From Bythopirellula sp. (GTDB lineage Bacteria; Planctomycetota; Planctomycetia; Pirellulales; Lacipirellulaceae), in the NCBI GenBank assembly GCA_965216565.1, contig OZ244170.1, forward strand, positions 5,056,001 to 5,120,000: DNA of 64,000 nucleotides, written 5' to 3'. Both the position numbers and the translations under genes were made by a program. This document shows, piece by piece, positions 18,321 through 28,036 of the stretch. Each line of letters starts with the position of its first letter. The stretch's first letter is position 1. Under the pieces are notes generated by a model, which was not told the DNA's origin, made no database searches, and worked only from the letters and a program-made list of their open reading frames with translations.

Positions 18321-19261
18321 CGCAATTCTGCGCGGGGATTATTTGAGTATTTGCCTAGGACCTCTTCGAGAGATTTGCGGTCCTCCTCGTCGATTGATTC
18401 AGGCAAAATAATCTGCAATTCGGCCATCAAATCGCCGGGCGTGCCATTCGCAGGTTTGACGCCCTGCCCTTGGATCCGCAATTTTCTGCCGCTCGATGTA
18501 CCTGGAGGAACCGTCACGGTAACTGTGCCGTGGGGCGTCGGGAGATCGATCTTGGCCCCTGAGATTGCTTCGCTCAAAGTAATTGGCACGCGCACCTCGA
18601 GCTTCTTACCTTGGCGGCGGAAGTTGGGATGCTCCGCTGCATGAACCTTAATCAAGATGTCTCCCGCAGGGCCACCATTGGGGCTCGGCTCGCCTTGGCC
18701 GCGTAGTCGGATTTTCTTTCCATCTTCGATACCGGCAGGAATCTTGATCTGCAGAGTCTCCACTTGTCCATCACCACGACGAATGGCGATCTGTGCTTCA
18801 CCACCAAGTACAGCCGTCGTAAATGGTACAGTGAGCTGGTGTTCGATGTTGGATCCTCGTTGCGGCGCGCTGCGTCGAGCCTGCCCTGGTTTGCCACGAC
18901 CTCCGAACTGTTTAAACAGGTCGGCAAAGCCACCACCACCCGCTCCACCGAATAAGTCTTCTAGATCGATGTTGACGTCGGCTCCCCCGGCCGGCCCCCC
19001 GCGCGGCCAACCTTGGGGCCCTGCTGCCCCCGAGCCGACAGATTCGTAGGCGCTGCCATAGCGATCGTACATCTCACGCTTTTGTTTGTCGCTGAGAACG
19101 TCGAATGCGTTCTGAACTTCCTGGAATTTCTTCTTGGCCGATTCGTCGTCCGGATTGAGATCGGGATGAAACTTCCGCGCAAGATCACGGTACGCTTTGA
19201 CAATTTCATCGTCAGAGGCTGTTCTTCCAACGCCCAACGTCTTGTAATAGTCTTCTGACAT
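18314..19261 (-). CDS. DnaJ-class chaperone lacking zinc fingers (CbpA-like)
   Basis: J domain DYY..LGV, HPD; G/F region; C-terminal domains; no CxxCxGxG. Confidence 0.92.
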   Translation of the reverse strand: MSEDYYKTLGVGRTASDDEIVKAYRDLARKFHPDLNPDDESAKKKFQEVQNAFDVLSDKQKREMYDRYGSAYESVGSGAAGPQGWPRGGPAGGADVNIDLEDLFGGAGGGGFADLFKQFGGRGKPGQARRSAPQRGSNIEHQLTVPFTTAVLGGEAQIAIRRGDGQVETLQIKIPAGIEDGKKIRLRGQGEPSPNGGPAGDILIKVHAAEHPNFRRQGKKLEVRVPITLSEAISGAKIDLPTPHGTVTVTVPPGTSSGRKLRIQGQGVKPANGTPGDLMAELQIILPESIDEEDRKSLEEVLGKYSNNPRAELRW

Positions 19262-19475
19262 CGTTCCTCAAAGATATATTAAAAATCCAGGTCAAAACGC
19301 TCTGGGAAGGCATCCAGCTACGATGCACTGGAATGGTGGCTTCTTCGCTTCCAAAATGGCTGAAACAGTATTTTACCGCCTCCTCGGCTCAGGGGTAGCG
19401 CCTGCGAGCATGCTAGACTGGTGGATAGAAGCGAAATCTACGAATTGCACAAGAAATGACGGCCAAGAAAACCGG

Positions 19476-20996
19476 ATGCAAACCTCTATTCTGAAACAAT
19501 GCTCCCGGCTAACTGTCTTGATGTGCCTCCACACCGCCTGCCAGGCCACCTTGGTCGCGTACGATGGCCAATTGACCGTGTCTGTCTCCGACGAAGAGTC
19601 GGGCGAGCCTATGCCTGTCCGCATGGAATTGCTCAATAGTCGAGGCCGACCTGTGCGAGTCCGACCGCCTGGAGCCATCCTCAGAGACGGCTACATGGTT
19701 TTCGATAGCGAGGTGGTCCTTGAATTGAAGAAGGGCTCCTATCGATTTCAGCTGGACGCAGGTCCGGAGTTCCAAACTCGACAAGGCCATTTCACCATCG
19801 AGCGCCATGCCGAGGACAATTCGGATGTTTCGCTTCGCCGGCACGTCGACATGGCAGAAGAAGGCTGGTGGGCCGGCGATCTGGATGTACAGCATCGAGC
19901 TGTCGACTTGCCGTTGCTCAAGAGGGCAGCCGGGGTGAGCTTTGTGCCGCCGACGGTGAGCCAGAACATCAGAGGGAAGAGTAAGAAGCTAAGAAAAAGA
20001 AAAGGCGACGGCTCAGGCCCAGTCGCGGCACTCGACTATAGACGTGGCGGCGGTTTGATGGTCCTGGCTGACTCGCCAGAACTGATTGACGCATTGGAAC
20101 TGTCAAACCTCAAAGATGAGGATTCTTCTGGGGCCGTTTTCGATAACGGGCAGGATGGAGATGTGGATCTCGTTGCGTTAACCCCCTATGCCTGGGACCT
20201 ACCGCTTTGGGTAGCGACCGATCGGCTCACGGCTATTCAAACTATGCACCGACAGACGTGGCCTGATGGCAAACATCCGAACGAAGGTTGGGGACGTCCC
20301 CGCGACAAAGATGTTTTCCCTGGCCGACAGGGGAATGGTCAATACAGCGAAGTGATTTACCATCACTTGCTCAACTGCGGCTTAAGAATCCCTCCCGCGG
20401 CCGGCAGCGGATCGGGAGCCAACGGATCACCCCTCGGTTTAAATCGAGTGTATGTAGACTGTGGTGATGAATACTCTGAGCAGCGCTGGTTTGAAGGGCT
20501 GCGCGCTGGCCATGTGTTGGTCACCAATGGTCCGCTGCTCAGGGTTTCCGTGGAGGGAAAGACGCCTGGGCATGTCTTTCACCTCGATCGTGATGATCGA
20601 CGCGAATTCCAAATTGCACTGAGTTTGTCGTTCTATCAGAAAGCTCCGGTCGAGTACCTGGAGATCGTGAAGAATGGCCAGGTAGAATACGAAATTCGGC
20701 TTTCAGATTTGGTCAAGAAAAAGGGCAAGCTGCCACCAGTTGTTTTTGAACAAAGCGGCTGGTTCCTGGTGCGTGCGGTGACCAGCAGCACGGAGACCTA
20801 CCAATACGCATCGACTGGACCCTACTATGTGGAATCGGAATATCGACCCAGGGTGAGTCGAGCGAGCGTTGCCTATTTTCTCGAATGGCTGGACGAGGCT
20901 CAGAAGAAGTTTGCCGGCAACGAACAGGTGGCAAGTGAAATCGAAGCGGCCCGGCCCTTTTGGGAGAATTTGAAAAGCCAAGCGAACGCAGATTGA
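19476..20996 (+). CDS. Secreted CehA/McbA-like PHP metallohydrolase-family protein (degenerate)
   Basis: GWWAGDL, YHHLLNCGLRIP..AGS, G.NRVYV, VTNGPLL motifs. Confidence 0.6.
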   Translation: MQTSILKQCSRLTVLMCLHTACQATLVAYDGQLTVSVSDEESGEPMPVRMELLNSRGRPVRVRPPGAILRDGYMVFDSEVVLELKKGSYRFQLDAGPEFQTRQGHFTIERHAEDNSDVSLRRHVDMAEEGWWAGDLDVQHRAVDLPLLKRAAGVSFVPPTVSQNIRGKSKKLRKRKGDGSGPVAALDYRRGGGLMVLADSPELIDALELSNLKDEDSSGAVFDNGQDGDVDLVALTPYAWDLPLWVATDRLTAIQTMHRQTWPDGKHPNEGWGRPRDKDVFPGRQGNGQYSEVIYHHLLNCGLRIPPAAGSGSGANGSPLGLNRVYVDCGDEYSEQRWFEGLRAGHVLVTNGPLLRVSVEGKTPGHVFHLDRDDRREFQIALSLSFYQKAPVEYLEIVKNGQVEYEIRLSDLVKKKGKLPPVVFEQSGWFLVRAVTSSTETYQYASTGPYYVESEYRPRVSRASVAYFLEWLDEAQKKFAGNEQVASEIEAARPFWENLKSQANAD

Positions 20997-21002
20997 AATC
21001 GC

Positions 21003-23192
21003 TCAGCCCTTCTTTTGCTTGCGTTGCGATTTCTCTTTCTTGCCTTTCGCTGATTGTCCATTCACACTCGACGCCACCGATGGGAAGCTGGAACGGCCAT
21101 TACCATTCGTGGCCAGAAGCAGTTCTTGCTGAGAGCGGTGTGAGGCCTCACCCTCCACCTGCGCTCTTTCGTAGTGGCCATCGGAATTAAGTTCGCGGGC
21201 ACGGCTGTCGTCTCTCAGATAGATCGGAATGATCTCGTTGCAAATGCGACGCACCAGTTCCGGTGCTTCGATAGGAAACATCACCTCGACTCGACGCTGA
21301 AAGTTTCTGGGCATCCAGTCAGCACTGGAAAGGTAAACCTGCTTCTTACTACCTTCCCCAAAAACCAAGATGCGACTGTGCTCGAGAAAGCGATCAACAA
21401 TACTACGCACGCGGATGTTCTCCGAGATTCCTGGTAGCCCAGGCCTTAAGCAGCAGATGCCGCGAATGACCAAATCGACGGGAACGCCGGCCTGACTTGC
21501 TCGGTACAACGCTTCGATGGTCTTGCGGTCGACAAGCGAATTGAGCTTAGCAAAGATTCGAGATTTCTTGCCTGCCTTAGCACGCTCCGTTTGTTCGTCG
21601 ATCTTCTCGATGGTGACTCGCTGTAAATCGTTAGGGGCCACGACTAGTTTTTTCCACTGATGGCCTTGGGAGTATCCGGTCAGGAAATTAAAGAGTGCTG
21701 TGGCGTCGTCGGCAAACTGTTTGTTCGCAGTAAACAGGCCCAGGTCCGTGTACAACCGGGCCGTGCTCGGATTGTAGTTACCTGTGCCCAGGTGGACATA
21801 GCGGCGAACTTTCTTGCCTTCTTGTCGGACGACCAGCGCTACTTTGCAATGAGTTTTCATGTCCATAAACCCATAAACAACATGCACACCGGCGCGTTCC
21901 ATTTGTCGAGCCCAGATGATATTGTTGGCTTCATCGAAACGGGCCTTAAGCTCCACTAAAGCGGTGACGTGCTTGCCGTTTTCGGCTGCCTGGATGAGCG
22001 CCTGCACGATCGGGCTATCGCCACTCGTACGGTAAAGCGTTTGTTTGATCGCTAGAACCTTAGGGTCTTCAGCAGCTTTCTGGATGAAATGCACCACTGG
22101 GTCGAATGAGTCGTAGGGATGGTGCAAGATCGCGTCACGCTCACGGATTTCGGCGAATAAGTCGTCGTTGTGCCGCAAGCCTAAAGGTTTACGGGAAGCA
22201 AACGAAGGGTCGCGCAGATCTTCTTTCCCGGGGAAATTGATAAGTTCCCACAGCGATGTCATATCGAGGATGCTATCGATATGGTAGACCTCGCTGTAAG
22301 CTTGGTCTTCGACTTCCAACTTCTTGTGCAGACTTTCTTCGCTCAAGAGCATCGTCAGCAAGTCTTGATCCATTCCCGCCTGAACCTCAAGCCTGACAGC
22401 CTCTGAGCGTTGACGGTCTCGGAGCCTCGCCTCCAACGCCTGGAGCATGTCATCTGATTCTTGCTCGAGTTGGTCGAGGTCCATGTCTCGCGTTACCCGG
22501 AATAGAGCGTGGTGGTCGATGGTGTAGCCACCGAATAGCTCGGGCAGTTTGGTGGCTAGAATGTCTTCTAACATGACAAACTTGTGCTCGCCTTGATTGC
22601 CAACATGCACAAAACGAGGCAAAACCTGAGGGAGTTGCACAACAGCAAAAAGATCGGTGGGACCAAATCCGCTGGATCGGTAGAGCATAGCGACCAAGTA
22701 TATTCCGCGATTATGAAATCGGGGGCTAGGGTGGCTGGGGTCGATCGCCATGGGCGTAAGAATGGGAAAGGCCCGTTGCTCGAAAAACGCGTCGACGATA
22801 CTCCGCTGAGTTTTGTCTAAATCTCGTACTGAAAGTATGTGTATTCCGTTCTCTCCTAGCGCCGGGACAATCTCGTCATTAAAGCACTGCGATTGCTCTT
22901 CCACGAGCTGACGTGTCCGCTGAGAAATCTTCAATAGTTGCTGCATGGGCCGAAGGCCGTCGGCCGAAACATCTTGAGCTGCCACGCCACCGAATGTTTG
23001 TTCGCGAATCCCCGCGACACGTACCATGAAAAACTCATCGAGATTTGAGCTAAAGATGGCCAAGAATTTAGCGCGTTCCAACAGCGGATTCGATGAATCT
23101 TGTGCTTCTTCGAGTACTCGCGCATTGAATTCTAGCCAACTCAACTCGCGGTTGATGAAGTGCTCGGGCAAGAATTGTTGAATTTCGGACAT
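21003..23192 (-). CDS. ppk1: Polyphosphate kinase 1
   Basis: NRELSWLEFNARVL, HHPYDSF, ELKARFDE, RFLEHSR, SSADWM.RN. Confidence 0.97.
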   Translation of the reverse strand: MSEIQQFLPEHFINRELSWLEFNARVLEEAQDSSNPLLERAKFLAIFSSNLDEFFMVRVAGIREQTFGGVAAQDVSADGLRPMQQLLKISQRTRQLVEEQSQCFNDEIVPALGENGIHILSVRDLDKTQRSIVDAFFEQRAFPILTPMAIDPSHPSPRFHNRGIYLVAMLYRSSGFGPTDLFAVVQLPQVLPRFVHVGNQGEHKFVMLEDILATKLPELFGGYTIDHHALFRVTRDMDLDQLEQESDDMLQALEARLRDRQRSEAVRLEVQAGMDQDLLTMLLSEESLHKKLEVEDQAYSEVYHIDSILDMTSLWELINFPGKEDLRDPSFASRKPLGLRHNDDLFAEIRERDAILHHPYDSFDPVVHFIQKAAEDPKVLAIKQTLYRTSGDSPIVQALIQAAENGKHVTALVELKARFDEANNIIWARQMERAGVHVVYGFMDMKTHCKVALVVRQEGKKVRRYVHLGTGNYNPSTARLYTDLGLFTANKQFADDATALFNFLTGYSQGHQWKKLVVAPNDLQRVTIEKIDEQTERAKAGKKSRIFAKLNSLVDRKTIEALYRASQAGVPVDLVIRGICCLRPGLPGISENIRVRSIVDRFLEHSRILVFGEGSKKQVYLSSADWMPRNFQRRVEVMFPIEAPELVRRICNEIIPIYLRDDSRARELNSDGHYERAQVEGEASHRSQQELLLATNGNGRSSFPSVASSVNGQSAKGKKEKSQRKQKKG

Positions 23193-23399
23193 AGTCGATC
23201 GTCGCTACGATTGGAGCGACATGCATCTAGAAGAGAACCTAGGGTGATTCAGAGCTACACAACCCTATTATATACAGTAACCCCGGCCGAGAATCCCCTC
23301 CGCCAGGAATGCCGAAACGTGCTGAAACTTTGTTAGGAACTGGTCCTGCAAATCAGCTCAAATCGATTGTGCGGGCCATTGAGAACCGTTAAGAAACGG

Positions 23400-23723
23400 C
23401 TAACCCCAGGAATCGAATACCCGGACCTTGGAACAGTTGTCTAGCTGCTCCGCCAGAAATTGCTGATGGCGGTCAGAAGTCTGATAGGTTTGATGATCTT
23501 CATCCGTGGCGAATACCAAGACCAAGGCAACGTCGAACTCATGGTCGTTGACTGGTCTTTGATATTTTTCTGCTCTGGGCCCGACACTAAAGTGAATCGT
23601 ACCAGGGTGATCGGTCAGGTACTTCTTGCAGGCTGCGACCAAACTGTCGATTGCAGATTGGGAAGATTCCTTCAACGAAAAAAATACCAGGTGCGAAAGC
23701 GACAGAGACGATTCGGTAGACAT
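23400..23723 (-). CDS. Dabb (stress-responsive A/B barrel) protein
   Basis: H.VFF.LK, FDVAL.LVF, YQ...H, VRVFDS. Confidence 0.85.
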   Translation of the reverse strand: MSTESSLSLSHLVFFSLKESSQSAIDSLVAACKKYLTDHPGTIHFSVGPRAEKYQRPVNDHEFDVALVLVFATDEDHQTYQTSDRHQQFLAEQLDNCSKVRVFDSWG

Positions 23724-23766
23724 AAGTAAATCCTTACAGGATAGATCGTAGGGGCTCAGAGTCGTT

Positions 23767-25734
23767 TCAATCCGTGGTTGGTTGGTCGCTCTTGGCAGCT
23801 GAGTGAGCCGACCCGGAGGAGCGTTCCGGATAGCGGTTTACCGAGCGGCCAATGAGAGACTCGATTTCTCCCATGTCAAGTTCTTCACGTTCCAGGAGGG
23901 CCTTGGTGAGAATTTCTAGTTTGTCGCGATTCTCGTTCAGAATGCTCTCGGCTTGCTCGGCTGCGGTGTGCAGGATGTTAGTCACTTCTTCATCGATGAT
24001 TTGGGCTGTATGCTCGCTGAAGTTGCGATGCTCGTGGGCCAGTTCGCGGCCGAGGAAAGGTTGTTCCTCGGTGTCGTTGAAAGCTACAGGGCCCAGTCGG
24101 TCGCTCATTCCCCAGCGGGTAACCATGCGTCGCGCCATAGCAGTGGCTTGTTTAAGATCGTTTTCTGCTCCCGCGCTATACTGGTTGGACTTCATCTTCT
24201 CAGCGGTACGCCCACCAAGCAACATGGCTAACCGTGCGGTTAGCTCGCGCTGCGAAATGTTGTGACGATCTTCCTCGGGTACCAACTGGGTGACCCCCAA
24301 GGCTCGGCCTCGCGGAACGATTGTCACCTTGTGAACTAAATCGCTATCCGGGAGCAACCATGCCAAAATCGCATGGCCCGCTTCGTGGTAGGCCGTGAGT
24401 TCCTTGTCTTCTTCAGAGAGAATATCTTCTCGTCTAGCGCCCATGAGAACCTTATCGCGGGCATGTTCGAAATCGGCCATATTCACCACCTGCTTGTCGT
24501 GGCGAGTTGCCCAGAGGGCGGCCTCATTCACCAAGTTCCGAATGTCTGCCCCGGTCAGACCAACGCTGGCGCGAGCGAGGGCTTTGAAATCTACGTCCTC
24601 CGAAATCGGAACTTTATTGCTGTGCAATTCGAATAGTTCTTCACGTGCTTCCACGGAAGGCCGGTCCACGGTCACATGGCGGTCGAATCGACCGGGCCGA
24701 AGTAAGGCTGGGTCCAACACATCGGGGCGATTGGTCGCCGCAAGAACGATGACCGTACTGGTAGCGCTAAATCCATCCATTTCACTGAGGATTTGATTGA
24801 GGGTCTGTTCCCGTTCGTCGTGGCCACCCCCCAGTCCGGCACCACGTTGCCGCCCAACCGCATCGATTTCGTCAATGAACAGGATCGCAGGAGCGCTTTC
24901 CTGAGCCGTCTTAAACATATCGCGAACGCGACCAGCTCCAACCCCAACGAACAGCTGGATGAATTCCGAGCCGTTGATCGAGAAGAACGGTACTTCCGCT
25001 TCACCTGCCACGGCGCGGGCCAGAAGAGTTTTTCCCGTTCCGGGAGGCCCCATTAGTAAAACACCTTTAGGAATTCGGGCGCCTAGTCGATGGAACTTTT
25101 CCGGTTCTTTAAGGAATAGGACGATTTCTTCCAAGTCTTGTTTAACGCCTTTCAATCCGGCTACGTCGTCGAAGGTAACACGGGTATCATCGACTTCGTA
25201 GCGTCGGGCGGGGCTCTTTGTCACGCCCCCCAACATTCCTCCCCCCAGCATCTGTTCTCTGGTGCGGCGGATCATTCCCCAGGCGAAGAAAACTAGGAAG
25301 ACTATCGCAATCAACGACAAAAGCATCAGCAGATTGTCGAACTTGGCGACGTCTTCCGACGTTATTTCGACGTTCTTCTCTTCTAGATCCTCCAATAGCT
25401 TCTCGCCGACCTGAGGCGGAAGCGTGCAGCTGAAGCGAAGACTTTCAGTTTTAGGTTTGTCCTTGTTACTTGTGTCTTTCTGTTCCGCAGTTTTCACAGG
25501 TTGTCGAAACTCCCCGACCAATTGCTTGCCGGTGATCGTCACTTTGTGGACATTGTCGGCACGAAGCTGCTCTAGGAACGCACTGTAGGAGATCTCACGA
25601 TGATCAAACCATGCCGAGCTCAGCAGCATGAGCGTCGCGAAGCCGAGTAGTAAGAGCACCAGCCATTGAAGCGGATTCTTACGTCGAGGTGGGGTAGAGA
25701 GTTCTTGGTCGGGTTGCTTGTCGTTGTCGGACAT
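23767..25734 (-). CDS. ftsH: ATP-dependent zinc metalloprotease FtsH
   Basis: Two TMs, [27 protein letters not shown]. Confidence 0.96.
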   Translation of the reverse strand: MSDNDKQPDQELSTPPRRKNPLQWLVLLLLGFATLMLLSSAWFDHREISYSAFLEQLRADNVHKVTITGKQLVGEFRQPVKTAEQKDTSNKDKPKTESLRFSCTLPPQVGEKLLEDLEEKNVEITSEDVAKFDNLLMLLSLIAIVFLVFFAWGMIRRTREQMLGGGMLGGVTKSPARRYEVDDTRVTFDDVAGLKGVKQDLEEIVLFLKEPEKFHRLGARIPKGVLLMGPPGTGKTLLARAVAGEAEVPFFSINGSEFIQLFVGVGAGRVRDMFKTAQESAPAILFIDEIDAVGRQRGAGLGGGHDEREQTLNQILSEMDGFSATSTVIVLAATNRPDVLDPALLRPGRFDRHVTVDRPSVEAREELFELHSNKVPISEDVDFKALARASVGLTGADIRNLVNEAALWATRHDKQVVNMADFEHARDKVLMGARREDILSEEDKELTAYHEAGHAILAWLLPDSDLVHKVTIVPRGRALGVTQLVPEEDRHNISQRELTARLAMLLGGRTAEKMKSNQYSAGAENDLKQATAMARRMVTRWGMSDRLGPVAFNDTEEQPFLGRELAHEHRNFSEHTAQIIDEEVTNILHTAAEQAESILNENRDKLEILTKALLEREELDMGEIESLIGRSVNRYPERSSGSAHSAAKSDQPTTD

Positions 25735-25846
25735 AAAGCAGCGATAAACTTCAATCGATCAGAGCGAACGGAACGGGCCCTGTTTATGGGCATCGTTCCA
25801 GATGGTAAGCAGAAGATGCGGTAACGCGGAATTTGGGCGGAAGAGC

Positions 25847-26548
25847 TTAGTAATAGATCGGATCCCCATCAGGCCTGCCTTCCTTGAACTTTCGTTCGAG
25901 TCTTTTCTTGCCAGCTTCATCCCATTCTGTGAATGTGCCATCCATTTTGCCGGCTTTAAGATCGATTTCTTGTTTCTTCTGTCCGTTCTTGTAGTAGCTA
26001 ATTCGCTTGCCTTCAAGTCTTCCTGCATCGTAGTTCAGCTCGAGCATTACGTCTTCGCCGTTGGGATAGAAAAAAATCCACTGACCATCCCGCTTTCCTT
26101 CGTCGTAAGCTTGGATTTCGGATTTTGTTCCGTCTTTGCGGAAGACTTCCCAGGAGCCTTGGGGGAGGCTGGACTTGTAAGTGATCTTTTTGCAGACTTG
26201 GCCGTTGGGATGCCAGTAAGTCCATTCTCCTTCGTAACCACCGTCCTTGAACGTGCCCTGTTGAAAAATCTGGCCATCGCGGTAGTATTCGATATACCGA
26301 CCATCGTTCACAAAAGTGTCGTCAGAGAGTTGCACCACCTCGTATCGCAAGCGAGGGGTTTCATCCGAATACTTTTGTTCGACTTTGCGTCGGCGCACCT
26401 CCTTGGCGGGTGGTGGCTCTCGCTGTTCGACCAAGTATGTACCGGAGGAGTCCGCATTGTCCTGAGCTTGCAGTTCGACGTTACTCACCACTTGCATGAC
26501 GATACAAGCGGCGGCCACTACTAGCGTTGATAAAGCTGATTGTTTCAT
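25847..26548 (-). CDS. Exported MORN-variant repeat protein (YwqK-like)
   Basis: Signal peptide; repeats G.W..Y.PNG / Y..G...G. Confidence 0.8.
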   Translation of the reverse strand: MKQSALSTLVVAAACIVMQVVSNVELQAQDNADSSGTYLVEQREPPPAKEVRRRKVEQKYSDETPRLRYEVVQLSDDTFVNDGRYIEYYRDGQIFQQGTFKDGGYEGEWTYWHPNGQVCKKITYKSSLPQGSWEVFRKDGTKSEIQAYDEGKRDGQWIFFYPNGEDVMLELNYDAGRLEGKRISYYKNGQKKQEIDLKAGKMDGTFTEWDEAGKKRLERKFKEGRPDGDPIYY

Positions 26549-26711
26549 TCTCGATTTTGAACCTATCCGGACATTGAGGAACTGCGGGCCTGAACATGCA
26601 TGGCAAGGATTGCTTGCCACCTAAAGTATTGCACACCCGTCGGTTGAGACCAACCTCCGGAAGAGGAGGAAATACGACATCTAGCTGCCCAAAAGGCAGT
26701 CCCCAGCTGAT

Positions 26712-27998
26712 CTAGGAATTCCAACCGACTGGAAGTGTGGAGTTTTTCTCCACCACTAAGATGCCATCTTTGGCTGTGCAGCAAGTATCCAAATTTCCAG
26801 GATCAATTTGGTCGTGATTGACAATCTGCGACCCAGCCCCAATCCGGCAATTCTTGTCCACGATTGCTCGCTCCACCGTGGAGCCCGCGCCGATGCCCAT
26901 GGGAAGCATGTTCTTGCCAGAAATTTCCACTTCGCCAGGCGGTTCGTAGAAGTCGGAGCCCATTATGATCGAATCGCGTACCGTGACATTCCGTTCAATT
27001 CGACATCGCAGGCCGATGACGCTGTTCTCGATTTTGGCTCCCGGCTCAATAACACAACCATCGGCAATCAGGCTGTTAGAGATGGAAGCTCCATCGATGC
27101 GAGTGGGAGGCAAGTATCGTGGGCGTGAATAAAAGGGCGATTCTTCCGTTGCCAAACGGAAAGGCGCATCTGGCCGAGCAAGTTGCAGGTTGGCTTCAAA
27201 GTAGGAGCCAATCGTACCGATATCTTCCCAGTAACCATCGAAAAGATGGACCTGCACCCTGCGGCGATCAATCGAGGTCGGAAAGACTTCCTTGCCGAAA
27301 TCTTGGTGGTCGGTTTCAGAAAGCGCTTGTTTGAGAACACTCTTGTTGAAAATGTAAATTCCCATGCTAGCCAGATGATTACGGCCTTCGCTCTTCACAC
27401 CTCGTTTATCGATCCAGGAAGGATCCATTCTCACGCTAGCTAGTTGCTCTTCGCTTGTTGGTTTTTCAACAAAACCATCAACGCGCCCTGTTTCGTCCGC
27501 GTGCATTACACCCAGTCCGGTTGCTTCGTTGCCATGCACAGGTTTAGCAGCGATAGTGATTTCGGCTTTGTTCTCGCGGTGGGTTCTCAGCATCTCAGCA
27601 AAGTCCATGCGGTAGAGCTGATCGCCGGAAAGAATAACGACATAGTCGATGCCGGGTTGAGTGAGGTAGCGGAGATTCTTTCGTACCGCGTCGGCCGTGC
27701 CTTGATACCAGTCGGTCCCCTCGGCCATCGTTTGCTGTGCTGCCAGAAGTTCCACGTAACCATTGCTGAAGTTGTCGAAGCGATAGGTGCGACGAATGTG
27801 ACGATGCAAGCTCACGGAAAGAAACTGCGTAAGCACGAACACCTGGTTTAGGCCGCTGTTAATGCAATTGGACAGCGGGATATCGATGAGCCGATATTTT
27901 CCTGCCAAAGGAACGGCTGGTTTCGAACGGTACTTTGTCAGCGGCATCAGCCGCGAACCTTGTCCCCCACCCAACACCACAGACACCACATTGCGCAT
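26712..27998 (-). CDS. glgC: Glucose-1-phosphate adenylyltransferase
   Basis: GGG.GSRL.PLT..RSKPAVP, WYQGTADAV, FVEKP, DFGKEV, YWEDIGT. Confidence 0.97.
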   Translation of the reverse strand: MRNVVSVVLGGGQGSRLMPLTKYRSKPAVPLAGKYRLIDIPLSNCINSGLNQVFVLTQFLSVSLHRHIRRTYRFDNFSNGYVELLAAQQTMAEGTDWYQGTADAVRKNLRYLTQPGIDYVVILSGDQLYRMDFAEMLRTHRENKAEITIAAKPVHGNEATGLGVMHADETGRVDGFVEKPTSEEQLASVRMDPSWIDKRGVKSEGRNHLASMGIYIFNKSVLKQALSETDHQDFGKEVFPTSIDRRRVQVHLFDGYWEDIGTIGSYFEANLQLARPDAPFRLATEESPFYSRPRYLPPTRIDGASISNSLIADGCVIEPGAKIENSVIGLRCRIERNVTVRDSIIMGSDFYEPPGEVEISGKNMLPMGIGAGSTVERAIVDKNCRIGAGSQIVNHDQIDPGNLDTCCTAKDGILVVEKNSTLPVGWNS

Positions 27999-28036
27999 TT
28001 CAAAATCCTCAAGAAGAGTTGATAAGCCTGGATCGG

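Noticed and set aside
25802..26524. 240-aa + strand ORF
   Set aside because: Antisense shadow of the MORN-repeat gene with no recognisable motifs.
25847..26548. YwqK-like antitoxin as part of a toxin-antitoxin system
   Set aside because: It has a signal peptide and no adjacent toxin; it is a generic MORN-variant repeat protein.
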